NCBI GenBank assembly: GCA_949372655.1
Contig: CASIAI010000001.1
Span: 13,279-77,278, forward strand
DNA: 64,000 bases
Direction of reading: 5' to 3'
Source of the DNA: Candidatus Poseidoniaceae archaeon
GTDB taxonomy: Archaea; Thermoplasmatota; Poseidoniia; Poseidoniales; Poseidoniaceae
Shown here: in pieces, positions 36,836 to 45,806 of the stretch
Layout of the letters: each line of letters starts with the position of its first letter
Position numbering within the stretch: position 1 is the first letter of the stretch
Notes under the pieces: generated by a model
The model's database searches: none
What the model saw: the letters and a program-made list of their open reading frames with translations, nothing else
What the model was told of the DNA's origin: nothing
Program-made: the position numbers and the translations under genes

Positions 36836-39754
36836 TCAAATTTCATCAAGAGCATCTAATAATTCGATGTCATCATCCAATTCAGACTCTTCAACTACTG
36901 GTTCAGGTACATCGATTTCATCATCTAATTCTAATTCGTCTTCAATAGATGTTTCTACTAAATCATAACCAGAGGAATCATATTTACCTCTTCGGTAAAC
37001 TGCTATAATGAATAATCCTACAAGTCCCGCAAGAAGAGCGATCGTTTGAGGTTCAGGCTCATACAACTCGTTGAGAAGGCAGGAAACTCCTTTGCATTCG
37101 GTTTTGAAAGTGAATTTAGATAATTGATTGTAATCTTCACTGTAAGGAACTTCATCGTCCATTGGAGTTACTTTGAGAGCGAAATCTGCCTCAGAGCCAT
37201 CCTTCAAGTTTGCAGGAGCAGTTAGCTCTACAAAGAAATCTTTACTCGAATAAGCAGGTAAAGTTACGAACAAGAAACCTCCACCGGATTGACTTGAAGA
37301 TGCTGAAATTTCACCTTCCCAGCCTGACGGTTCTTCCAATTCAATAAATACATCGAGTTCGACATTGTTATCATTGGTAATCCTAAATTCAATACTCTTC
37401 CTTTCTTCCGAAGAGAATCTAGTGAACTCGCTCTTTTGAGTAATAGGTAAATTCCCAGGCTGTACATCTTCGTTTACTTCTACGGTCAAAGGCAAGTCAA
37501 AATATCTAGCCTCATTAGAATCTACACCTTCTTCTCTGATTTGAACATATATTGTATGATTCCCGGCCTCGACATTTGATGGTAACGTCACATCAATTTT
37601 GATATCTGAGTAAGACTCAGATTCCAAAGTGAGAATTATTATATCGTTATTTGAGCCGTCAGTAATCTTGTAATCCCAACTAGAATAACCGCTTTCAGCG
37701 TCAATATTTCTATTCAAGTCCTTTGGATTAATTAATTTCCAAGTAGTCTGTCCTGCGACATCACTAGAATCTGTGACACGTACAGAGAAGGATACTGAAT
37801 CCCCTGGATTAACTGATTCTACACGCCCTAACTCATCTGCATCGCTGTCGGATATCACTTCTGCAAGAATACCAAACGTACGGTGAACTGTGAAACTAAC
37901 ATCGGTACGAAGATCTGTCTCGCCTGAACTAGTGACTTGTAAACTAACCAAACCGATGTCTTCAGCATCTCTTTCTGCCGGTGGGAACATGTCCATTCTA
38001 ACTGTCAAAATATCATGAGAGCCGATACTAGGTGTGACCGAATTAATTCCCTCTTCTGTTAGTTCTAAGCCTGTATCATTATCATAAAACTTGTATTGCC
38101 AAGAGGTAGGCATTGCGTTAACTCTGATAAAGAAGGTATCAGAATCGAATCCTGAATTGAATACGTCAATAAAGAAATCTCCAACTTCTTCTGTATCAAC
38201 ATAGTGTGATAATGATTCGTCATAAAATTCTGGCCTTGTCGAATCAACAATCTGAATTTGATGCTCATCATCTTCAAAGATAGAAATTCTTGGTTCTGCA
38301 AAAACGCCAACCTCTTCGATATCCAGAACTATCTCAACAATTGCCACTTCAGTGGTAGTTCCATCTATATCTGCAAACGCTCTTGCTTCTATTTCCAATT
38401 TTTCAGGGCCTGTTGATAAATCACCTTCGGGGACATCTATCTGTAAAATTGGTTTAGCAGATGAGCCACCGCCGTTAAGTGAATATCCTCCAGGCTTATC
38501 CCATGACTCTGACCATGTTGATGGAAGAGAGCGTGCAAGGTCAAAAACTACCTGAATGTCAGAAGCATCGGAACCTGTGTGAACGACTTCAAATTCAACA
38601 CTTGAAGTCATACCAGGAGCGATCAGTACAGTTTCAGGTTGGGAAGATGGTAGAGTCAAGTAAATGTCATGCTCGACAAATACCAATCCCTGGTGCTCGA
38701 ATAAAACTGTATGACCTTGAATATCCTGTATTTCCAAGACTACATCATAATCTCCAGAATCTATTCCAGATGAATATGTGAAAGTATAATTCCCTACTAA
38801 ACCATCATTGTCTAGAGTCAAGTCATCATCTTCGAATTCTTTGTTAAAGACTGTAGTCGCTCCCGAATTGGTACTCATTATCAAATTCACTGTTTCAATA
38901 TCGTCTCGACCAAATGAGTCCTTTATTTGAACAGTAAATTGCATTGTTCTAAATTCACTACGATGATTCGGTGCCCATTCTAAAACTTCGGAATCTGTCC
39001 ATCCAGAACCAGTCATATGCACCTTTACTGCAGATTGCGAAAGCGCATTAGCTCTAATTTCAATTTTTGAGAAACTATTGGTTGAGTCTATATCACCGAA
39101 TTGCATCATCACATCACAATTTCCATCGCCACCACCAATTCCGCCACCTTGGCATCCCTCGATTGTTGTATCAATTTCAAGAGATAGCCTCTTACCATTC
39201 TCAACAAGGAATCCGCTTGCAGGTATTTCCATATTGATCACGTTAACTGAATAACTGCAAGAACTTCCACCGAAGGGATTGCTGTTTGAGCAAGGGTCTT
39301 CTAAAGAAATCTGTTCGGATGCTTTTACTTTGGTTCCTGATTTAAGTACAAAATTTATATCAGCAGTAGCGCCTTCATTACCTTCAAATTTCAGATAAAC
39401 GCTTACCTCGATTGTAGGGGTTGAGCCTTCACCATAAATTTGGATATCACTTATCATTTCATTGGTATAAAATTGCAGAGTGGACAATGTTGTCTCTTCT
39501 TCAGAAGAGCCATCAGGCTCCATAGTTGAGATTGAGCCATCTCCACCAGATTCAGTAGTCGAAGTCCCTATGTAGAGGTCATATGATTCGTTTGAAGAAC
39601 CTGCTTGGAATATATTATTAGGTTCATCAAGAGAAATCCTGGAATCTAAATTAAAGTCATCCATAGGCATCATTGAACCTAAGAATAGTATAACAATCCA
39701 CACTGGAATTAAGCGACTCGGGAGAGTAGTTTTGCTCACGCTCATCTTGTTCAC
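36836..39754 (-). CDS. Large (972 aa) secreted beta-rich protein with C-terminal TM anchor and acidic tail
   Basis: N-terminal signal anchor LIPVWIVILFLGSMMPM. C-terminal TM IALLAGLVGLFIIAVY followed by DELELDDEIDVPEPVVEESELDDDIELLDALDEI. It lies 81 nt upstream of, and on the same strand as, the 2977-aa gene. No family recognised. Confidence 0.7.
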   Translation of the reverse strand: MNKMSVSKTTLPSRLIPVWIVILFLGSMMPMDDFNLDSRISLDEPNNIFQAGSSNESYDLYIGTSTTESGGDGSISTMEPDGSSEEETTLSTLQFYTNEMISDIQIYGEGSTPTIEVSVYLKFEGNEGATADINFVLKSGTKVKASEQISLEDPCSNSNPFGGSSCSYSVNVINMEIPASGFLVENGKRLSLEIDTTIEGCQGGGIGGGDGNCDVMMQFGDIDSTNSFSKIEIRANALSQSAVKVHMTGSGWTDSEVLEWAPNHRSEFRTMQFTVQIKDSFGRDDIETVNLIMSTNSGATTVFNKEFEDDDLTLDNDGLVGNYTFTYSSGIDSGDYDVVLEIQDIQGHTVLFEHQGLVFVEHDIYLTLPSSQPETVLIAPGMTSSVEFEVVHTGSDASDIQVVFDLARSLPSTWSESWDKPGGYSLNGGGSSAKPILQIDVPEGDLSTGPEKLEIEARAFADIDGTTTEVAIVEIVLDIEEVGVFAEPRISIFEDDEHQIQIVDSTRPEFYDESLSHYVDTEEVGDFFIDVFNSGFDSDTFFIRVNAMPTSWQYKFYDNDTGLELTEEGINSVTPSIGSHDILTVRMDMFPPAERDAEDIGLVSLQVTSSGETDLRTDVSFTVHRTFGILAEVISDSDADELGRVESVNPGDSVSFSVRVTDSSDVAGQTTWKLINPKDLNRNIDAESGYSSWDYKITDGSNNDIIILTLESESYSDIKIDVTLPSNVEAGNHTIYVQIREEGVDSNEARYFDLPLTVEVNEDVQPGNLPITQKSEFTRFSSEERKSIEFRITNDNNVELDVFIELEEPSGWEGEISASSSQSGGGFLFVTLPAYSSKDFFVELTAPANLKDGSEADFALKVTPMDDEVPYSEDYNQLSKFTFKTECKGVSCLLNELYEPEPQTIALLAGLVGLFIIAVYRRGKYDSSGYDLVETSIEDELELDDEIDVPEPVVEESELDDDIELLDALDEI

Positions 39755-40215
39755 ATCAAGGGCTGATACTAATTCGGTTAAACCGTTTTGGGTTAATGTT
39801 TCAAAAAAACGGGTAAATTTAGCATTCTAATCAATTGCGACATATGGTGCAGGGGATGGTTAGAATTCGATAAATAGCCTAGTTAATTCCAATCACTTTC
39901 TTTTTTGTTCTTCCCGATACTTTTTCTTTCACTCTCTTTGCTCTTGTTCCCATTCCTCTTGACTCTTTGGCTTTACAGAATTAATTGATTTGATAGAGTA
40001 TAATTCAATAAGAGCGAAGACAAAAAGACCTCCACCACAAATAGTCTAAAAAACATCAACCATAAAAATCCTATAAGCAAATACTTGATAGAGTTTTACC
40101 AGATTACGGTAATTTATTACTCAAAAGAAAAATCAAAATTGATGATAATATGAACTTAAAATGTAAGTTTTTACTCAGGTATAACACCTTCACAGCATAG
40201 CGTTTTTGAGTAAAA

Positions 40216-40299
40216 TGCAGGGAGTGGGATACGAACCCACGAACCCATATGGGACCGGATCTTAAGCCCGGCGCCTTTGACCACCTCAGCCATCCCTGC
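40216..40299 (-). tRNA. tRNA-Leu (anticodon UAA), type II with long variable arm, no encoded CCA
   Basis: The reverse complement reads GCAGGGA-UG-GCUGAGGUGGUCAAAGGC-G-CCGGG-CUUAAGA-UCCGG-UCCCAUAUGGGUUC-GUGGG-UUCGUAU-CCCAC-UCCCUGC-A. The 7-bp acceptor, 5-bp anticodon and 5-bp T stems all pair. 84 nt. Confidence 0.9.
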
Positions 40300-40326
40300 A
40301 ATCGAGCCGTCGAAGCGACATCACTT

Positions 40327-40334
40327 GAATTAAA
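40327..40334 (-). promoter_or_regulatory. TATA-box-like TTTAATTC about 28-35 nt upstream of the tRNA-Leu 5' end
   Basis: The reverse complement of gaattaaa at 40327-40334 is correctly spaced for an archaeal TATA box relative to the mature 5' end at 40299. Confidence 0.35.
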
Positions 40335-40342
40335 CGCATAGA

Positions 40343-41089
40343 TTATTGATTTAAACTCCAGCCACCATCTACGTTGATCACTTGTCCGGATATATGCGTA
40401 GAGTTAAACAAAAACAATACTGCTTTTGCTATGTTAGATGGATGACCTGACCTACCTAGAGGAATTTCTTCAATTATTTTAGCGAAATGTTCAACTTCCC
40501 AATCAGCCGATATTATTGCACCAGGCGCAATGCAGTTTACCCTTACATCTGGATGGAAGTCTCCTGCAAAATTAATCATCAATTGTCTTAGAGCGGCTTT
40601 ACTGGCTGTATAATGTGAAAGGCCTTTCCAAGCACGACCCAATGAAGTATCTACCATTCCAATTACACAGCCCTTTTTAGAACGTAAAGAATCTAATAAA
40701 CCAAGTGTCAAATTAAATGGAGTCTCGACATGTAATTTCATGTTTTTCTGTAAGTCACCGATAGAAACTTTGTCGACGTCAATCGAACTATAGATTGAGG
40801 CATTGTGAATCAAACCTGAAATACCACCTGCTTCTTTTACAGAATGATGTTCTAAAACCTGTGAAATCAACCTATCGACTTCTGAATCATTTAGAAGATT
40901 TGCTTGTAAAATATCCCCCGGCGCCTCTACTCCAAACTTTGAAGAATGTTCTGAAAGTATTTGTTTTGCTTCTTCAATAGATGAATTGACATGGATTAGA
41001 ACATACCAACCCATCTCCATGAGTTCTTTAGATACCGCAGCACCAATTCTTTTCCCTGCACCTGTTATGAGTACAACCGGCTTCGACAT
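40343..41089 (-). CDS. Short-chain dehydrogenase/reductase (SDR), pteridine-reductase-like
   Basis: VVLITGAGKRIGAAV is a TGxxxxxG-type dinucleotide motif. YTASKAAL is the YxxxK catalytic motif. Confidence 0.8.
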   Translation of the reverse strand: MSKPVVLITGAGKRIGAAVSKELMEMGWYVLIHVNSSIEEAKQILSEHSSKFGVEAPGDILQANLLNDSEVDRLISQVLEHHSVKEAGGISGLIHNASIYSSIDVDKVSIGDLQKNMKLHVETPFNLTLGLLDSLRSKKGCVIGMVDTSLGRAWKGLSHYTASKAALRQLMINFAGDFHPDVRVNCIAPGAIISADWEVEHFAKIIEEIPLGRSGHPSNIAKAVLFLFNSTHISGQVINVDGGWSLNQ

Positions 41090-41229
41090 GAACTTACCAA
41101 GAGTAATTGATTCAATAATTCTCGTATTGATTCCTTCAACAAATGATAGTTTCCCTTAAATTTCTAAATTTGCACTCAAGCACATCTTTTTGATAGACAA
41201 CTCATGGGAGTGAACAAGGAGGACATCTT

Positions 41230-42258
41230 ATGAGTGGTAAACAACTTCCAATGGCTGGAAATAATAGTGCTACGAAGAAGAGAAGACGCCTCCCCCCTTG
41301 GTTTAAGACTACTTTGCCTAGTGGCTCTCAACAAGAAATGTTCAATGAGACTAAATCGGCGGTCAAAAATAACAAACTTCACACTGTTTGTGAAGAAGCC
41401 AGATGCCCGAATATTCATGATTGCTGGTCGAGTGGTGATGCGACATTTATGATCGCAGGCCAAGAGTGTACTCGAGGATGTAGATTCTGCGCCGTAGGGT
41501 CGATTAAAACCCCTCCTCCACTTGATACTGAAGAACCTGAAAACCTCGCAGATGCTGTGGAATCTATGAATCTAAAGCATGTTGTAATTACTGTAGTGAA
41601 TAGAGATGATTTAGGTGATAGCGGTGCATCGCATTACAAAGAATGTATCGAAGCAGTACACAAAAGACAACCTGATTTGACAATAGAACTTCTATGTTCA
41701 GACCTTGCAGGAGATATTGGAGACTTAGAATTCTTACTAAAGCAAAGTCCGCTCTCGGTTTTTGCTCATAATGTAGAATGTGTTCCTCGCTTGGATAGAA
41801 CTGTAAGAGATAGAAGAGCTTCTTTCTCTCAATCACTCAATATACTCAAAGAAGCAAAACGAATTAGACCCGATATGATAACTAAATCTTCACTTATGGT
41901 TGGTGTCGGTGAAACAGACGATGAAATCATTGAGGCTATGAAGATGCTACGTACTGCTGATGTTGATTTACTGACTATTGGACAATACCTCGCACCTTCT
42001 AGTAAACATCTTACTATTGACCGGTTCCCAGAACCAGAACTATATGACCAGTGGGCGGAAGTCGCTATTGATTTAGGTTTCTTGGGTGTTGCCAGTGGAC
42101 CATTTGTTCGTTCTTCTTTCAAGGCGGGGCTATTACTTAGGAAACTAAAAGACCCAAATAATAATGAAAGTATGCCAGGAGCACATGTTTTAATTTCTAA
42201 CAACTTAAACTTTGACCGGCATCACTTAATGTCTCGACTAACTGAGGTGAAACAATGA
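41230..42258 (+). CDS. lipA: Lipoyl synthase
   Basis: CEEARCPNIHDCW is the auxiliary-cluster Cx4Cx5C motif. CTRGCRFCAV is the radical-SAM CxxxCxxC motif. GGAGGA lies upstream. ATGA overlap with the next gene. Confidence 0.9.
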   Translation: MSGKQLPMAGNNSATKKRRRLPPWFKTTLPSGSQQEMFNETKSAVKNNKLHTVCEEARCPNIHDCWSSGDATFMIAGQECTRGCRFCAVGSIKTPPPLDTEEPENLADAVESMNLKHVVITVVNRDDLGDSGASHYKECIEAVHKRQPDLTIELLCSDLAGDIGDLEFLLKQSPLSVFAHNVECVPRLDRTVRDRRASFSQSLNILKEAKRIRPDMITKSSLMVGVGETDDEIIEAMKMLRTADVDLLTIGQYLAPSSKHLTIDRFPEPELYDQWAEVAIDLGFLGVASGPFVRSSFKAGLLLRKLKDPNNNESMPGAHVLISNNLNFDRHHLMSRLTEVKQ

Positions 42259-43496
42259 CGGAACGTAAGACCATTGCAACTACACCTTATACAATTGGTG
42301 TTGCGCCATTTAGGCCTGGCGATGAGTCTAGTTTCGGGGGTTCTTTCACCGAAAAGCCCGAAGATTTGAATCGTCCAGACCCAGCAAAGTGTGAATCTAA
42401 CGACACTGTCAAACACGCATCGGGATTGATTAGAGTAATGGATGATGATAATCAAGCGAAAGGTGAATGGGACCCAGGACTTGATGCAGAAACTATGATT
42501 CAAGGACTAGAATATATGATGCGATTGAGAATTTTTGACGATCGAATGTTGAAAATGCAAAGAACTGGTAAGTTGTCATTCTATATGCGCTCCTTTGGAG
42601 AGGAAGCAATCGCAATCGCACAAACTATGGCACTCGAAACTCAAGATTGGATTTTTCCATCATACCGACAACCAGGTGCCCAATTCGTCAGAGGCAGAGA
42701 TATGGTCAGTATGATCTGTCACTGTATAGGAAATACTGAAGATAACGTAAAAGGAAGACAGATGCCAGTCCATTACACATGGAAAGAAGGACGATTTATC
42801 TCTATTTCTTCCCCTGTTGGAACCCAATTCTCACAGGCTGTGGGTGTAGCAATGGCCAGTGCATACAAAGGACTGGATGAGGTTTGTATCTCATGGCTTG
42901 GAGACGGTACATCTGCACAAGGTGATTACCATTATGCACTAAATTTCGCATCAACTTTCAAGCCCCCAGTCATCCTAAATGTGGTAAATAACCAATGGGC
43001 AATTTCAACTCACAAAAATTTAGCAACCGGGGGACGAACTTTCGCAGAGCGTGGATTAGCATATGACATCCCGTCTCTAAGAGTAGATGGAAATGATTTC
43101 TTAGCACTATACAGTGTTACAAAATGGGCAAGAGAAAGAGCAAGTGCCGGTCTTGGCCCTACACATATTGAAGTCTATACATATAGGGCAGGAGCACACT
43201 CATCTTCGGATGACCCATCGGCATACCGTCCAGAGAATGAATTCGAGTTTTGGCCAGGCGGAGACCCTGTTGAAAGACTAAAATTGCATTTGATGGAAGT
43301 AAAACTTTGGGATGAAAAGAAGCATGCTGCTCTTGAAAAGAAAATCGATGATGAAGTAATGACTGCCTATAAAGAAGCATGTGAGTTTGGCGACTTAGCA
43401 AGTGGACCTTACCCCCCAGCATCTACTATTTTCACAGAAGTTTACGAAACCGTTCCTTGGCATGTACAGGAACAACGAGAGGAACTCGGTAAGTGA
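42255..43496 (+). CDS. 2-oxoacid (branched-chain-type) dehydrogenase E1 alpha subunit
   Basis: YRQPGAQFVRGRD, KGRQMPVHY and the ThDP motif GDGTSAQGDYHYALNFA...VNNQWAIS. Confidence 0.85.
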   Translation: MTERKTIATTPYTIGVAPFRPGDESSFGGSFTEKPEDLNRPDPAKCESNDTVKHASGLIRVMDDDNQAKGEWDPGLDAETMIQGLEYMMRLRIFDDRMLKMQRTGKLSFYMRSFGEEAIAIAQTMALETQDWIFPSYRQPGAQFVRGRDMVSMICHCIGNTEDNVKGRQMPVHYTWKEGRFISISSPVGTQFSQAVGVAMASAYKGLDEVCISWLGDGTSAQGDYHYALNFASTFKPPVILNVVNNQWAISTHKNLATGGRTFAERGLAYDIPSLRVDGNDFLALYSVTKWARERASAGLGPTHIEVYTYRAGAHSSSDDPSAYRPENEFEFWPGGDPVERLKLHLMEVKLWDEKKHAALEKKIDDEVMTAYKEACEFGDLASGPYPPASTIFTEVYETVPWHVQEQREELGK

Positions 43497-43505
43497 GGTG
43501 TTATT

Positions 43506-44516
43506 ATGAGTAAAATGAATATGATAGCCGCACTAAACTCTGCTTTGCAACTACAACTCGAAAGAGATGAAAATGTAGTAATCTTTGGCGAAGATATTGG
43601 ATACTTTGGTGGAGTATTTCGAGTCACTGCCAAACTCCAAGAAAAATTTGGAGCACATAGAGTATTTGACTCGCCTTTAGCAGAAGGTGGTATTGCAGCA
43701 ATAGCAATGGGTATGGGACTAAATGGACTAAGGCCGGTTGCCGAAATACAATTTGCTGACTATATTTTCCCTGCATATGACCAAATTGTCAATGAGATTG
43801 CTAAGATTCGTCACCGCTCTGGAGGAGAGTTTACTGCTCCAGTCACCTTTAGAACCCCTGCTGGTGGAGGAATCAAAGGTGGACACCACCACTCACAATC
43901 ACCTGAAGCACAATTCACTCATACTCCAGGTCTCAAAGTAGTATACTGCTCTAACCCATACAATGCAAAAGGATTGTTAACTTCTGCAATAGAAAGTAAT
44001 GACCCTGTGATTTTCTTTGAACCTAAGAGATGTTACCGTGGACCGTTTTACGGTGATCCACACAATGTACCTACATGGAACGACCATCCTGATGGTGAAG
44101 TTCCAGATGAATATTACAAAATTCCTCTCGAACAGGCTAGAATAGTCAAAGAAGGAAGCGCTTGCACTGTAATAGCATGGGGTGCAATGGTTCATGTTTG
44201 TGAACAAGGAATCAAAGATTCTGGTATTGATTGTGAACTTATTGATTTACAAACATTGGTACCTTGGGACAGAGATGCAATCGTTAACTCAGTCAAGAAA
44301 ACTGGACGCTGCGTGATTGTCCATGAAGCACCAAAGACAAGTGGATTTGGCGCTGAGATGAGTGCCTCAATTCAAGAAAGGTGTTTCTATAGTTTAGAAG
44401 CACCAATAATACGTGTCACTGGATGGGATACTCCATTCCCGCACACGACAGAATGGGATTATCTGCCAAGTCCAGAAAGAATTGCAGAAGCGATAAAGAA
44501 AACACAGGAGGAATAA
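43506..44516 (+). CDS. 2-oxoacid dehydrogenase E1 beta subunit
   Basis: VVIFGEDIGYFGGVFRVT and FDSPLAEGGIAAIAMGM. GAGGTG lies upstream. Confidence 0.85.
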   Translation: MSKMNMIAALNSALQLQLERDENVVIFGEDIGYFGGVFRVTAKLQEKFGAHRVFDSPLAEGGIAAIAMGMGLNGLRPVAEIQFADYIFPAYDQIVNEIAKIRHRSGGEFTAPVTFRTPAGGGIKGGHHHSQSPEAQFTHTPGLKVVYCSNPYNAKGLLTSAIESNDPVIFFEPKRCYRGPFYGDPHNVPTWNDHPDGEVPDEYYKIPLEQARIVKEGSACTVIAWGAMVHVCEQGIKDSGIDCELIDLQTLVPWDRDAIVNSVKKTGRCVIVHEAPKTSGFGAEMSASIQERCFYSLEAPIIRVTGWDTPFPHTTEWDYLPSPERIAEAIKKTQEE

Positions 44517-44518
44517 AT

Positions 44519-45796
44519 ATGGGAACATTTGCATTTAAATTACCAGACATAGGAGAAGGAGTTGTAGAAGGAGAAGTCGTAGAATGGATGGTCGCAGTTG
44601 GCGATGTAGTCAAAGAAGACGACCCTATTTTGTCGGTTATGACCGACAAGGCAACTGTAGAAATCCCTTCACCTGTAGATGGTAAAGTAACCAAAGTAGT
44701 TGGAGAAGCAGGAGATATTCTTCCAGTTGGAGCAGTTTGTATTGAATTCGAAGTTGATGGAGATGGAAACGCTTCTGATAAAAAAGATGAACCAGTAAAG
44801 GAAAAAGTCGAAGCAAAGGCACCTGAAGCGAAAAAGGAAGTAACTCCAGAATCTAATCCTACTCCGGCACCTGCACCAAAGGAAACTGCTCAACCTGTAG
44901 CGAGAGCCGCAGGAACAAAGGCACTTGCCAGCCCAGCTGTTAGACAAAGAGCACGTGAAGCAAATATCAATCTTGAGCATGTTGCTGGTTCTGGACCAGC
45001 CGGAAGAATCAGTCATGCTGATTTGGATAAGCATATCTCAGGAGGTGCAAGTGGCGCTAGTTCTTGGTCGCCTGTTGGAGCTTCAACGAAAACTGAACTC
45101 AATGGAACTGAACAAATTAAGGTTATTGGACTTAGAAGAAAGATTGCAGATAGTATGATGGCTTCATACAGTTCAATCGCTCACTTCTCTTACTTTGAAG
45201 AGGTTGATATCACTGCACTTGAAGATTTAAGACAACACTTGAATGCTACAAGACCTGAAGGTGCACCAAAGTTGACATACTTACCATTCATTATGCAAGC
45301 ATTGGTAAAGGCCTTGAAAGAAAGTCCCGAATGTAATGCATTATATGACGATGAAGCAAATATTGTCACCAGACACCAAGCGATAAATCTCGGAATTGCA
45401 ACTCAAACTGACAGAGGACTTTACGTTCCTGTTGTCAAGCATGTCGAAGCAATGGATATTTGGCAGGCAGCCAGTGAAATGGTTAGAGTTACATCTGCAA
45501 CAAGAGAAGGTAAAGCATCTGCAGATGAATTATCTGGTTCCACATTCACTATCACAAGTCTAGGAAGACTTGGAGGATTAGGAGCCACACCAATAATCAA
45601 TAAACCAGAAGTGGGAATACTTGGTGTTCACAACGCAAAGGAAAGAGCGGTCGCTAGAAATGGCCAAGTTGTAATTAGAAGAATGATGAATTTATCATCT
45701 TCTTGGGATCACCGAGTTGTTGATGGACATGATGGCGCAACCCTTGTTCAAAGAGTTAAGACATACCTGGAAAATCCTGCTACAATTTTTATGTGA
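44519..45796 (+). CDS. Dihydrolipoamide acyltransferase E2
   Basis: Starts at ATG 44519 (MGTFAFKLPDIGEG) with GGAGGA upstream; the ORF-track start at 44423 overlaps E1 beta. Lipoyl-Lys motif VMTDKATVEIPSP. Subunit-binding segment ASPAVRQRAREANINL. Catalytic SWDHRVVDG. Confidence 0.9.
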   Translation: MGTFAFKLPDIGEGVVEGEVVEWMVAVGDVVKEDDPILSVMTDKATVEIPSPVDGKVTKVVGEAGDILPVGAVCIEFEVDGDGNASDKKDEPVKEKVEAKAPEAKKEVTPESNPTPAPAPKETAQPVARAAGTKALASPAVRQRAREANINLEHVAGSGPAGRISHADLDKHISGGASGASSWSPVGASTKTELNGTEQIKVIGLRRKIADSMMASYSSIAHFSYFEEVDITALEDLRQHLNATRPEGAPKLTYLPFIMQALVKALKESPECNALYDDEANIVTRHQAINLGIATQTDRGLYVPVVKHVEAMDIWQAASEMVRVTSATREGKASADELSGSTFTITSLGRLGGLGATPIINKPEVGILGVHNAKERAVARNGQVVIRRMMNLSSSWDHRVVDGHDGATLVQRVKTYLENPATIFM

Positions 45797-45806
45797 AGGT
45801 GATTTA

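Noticed and set aside
39890-39965. 24-aa highly basic peptide (MGTRAKRVKEKVSGRTKKKVIGIN) on the minus strand of the polypyrimidine tract
   Set aside because: Any polypurine run translates as K/R/E/G-rich. The GAGGAA lies directly against the ATG with no proper spacing. The peptide does not match the small ribosomal proteins I remember.
40104-40301. 65-aa ORF on the minus strand
   Set aside because: It overlaps the tRNA-Leu(UAA) gene almost completely and is a shadow ORF.
39755-40342. Integrated mobile element at tRNA-Leu
   Set aside because: There is no integrase, transposase or viral gene in the flanks. I did not see a direct repeat of the tRNA 3' half, and neighbouring genes have the same composition as the rest of the window.
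44423-44518. N-terminal extension of the E2 ORF; likewise 45717-45806 for E3
   Set aside because: The extensions overlap the preceding genes. The internal ATGs at 44519 and 45807 are preceded by GGAGGA and GAAGGTGA and give canonical N-termini (MGTFAFKLPDIGEG and MQTKKCQVLVIGAGPGG).
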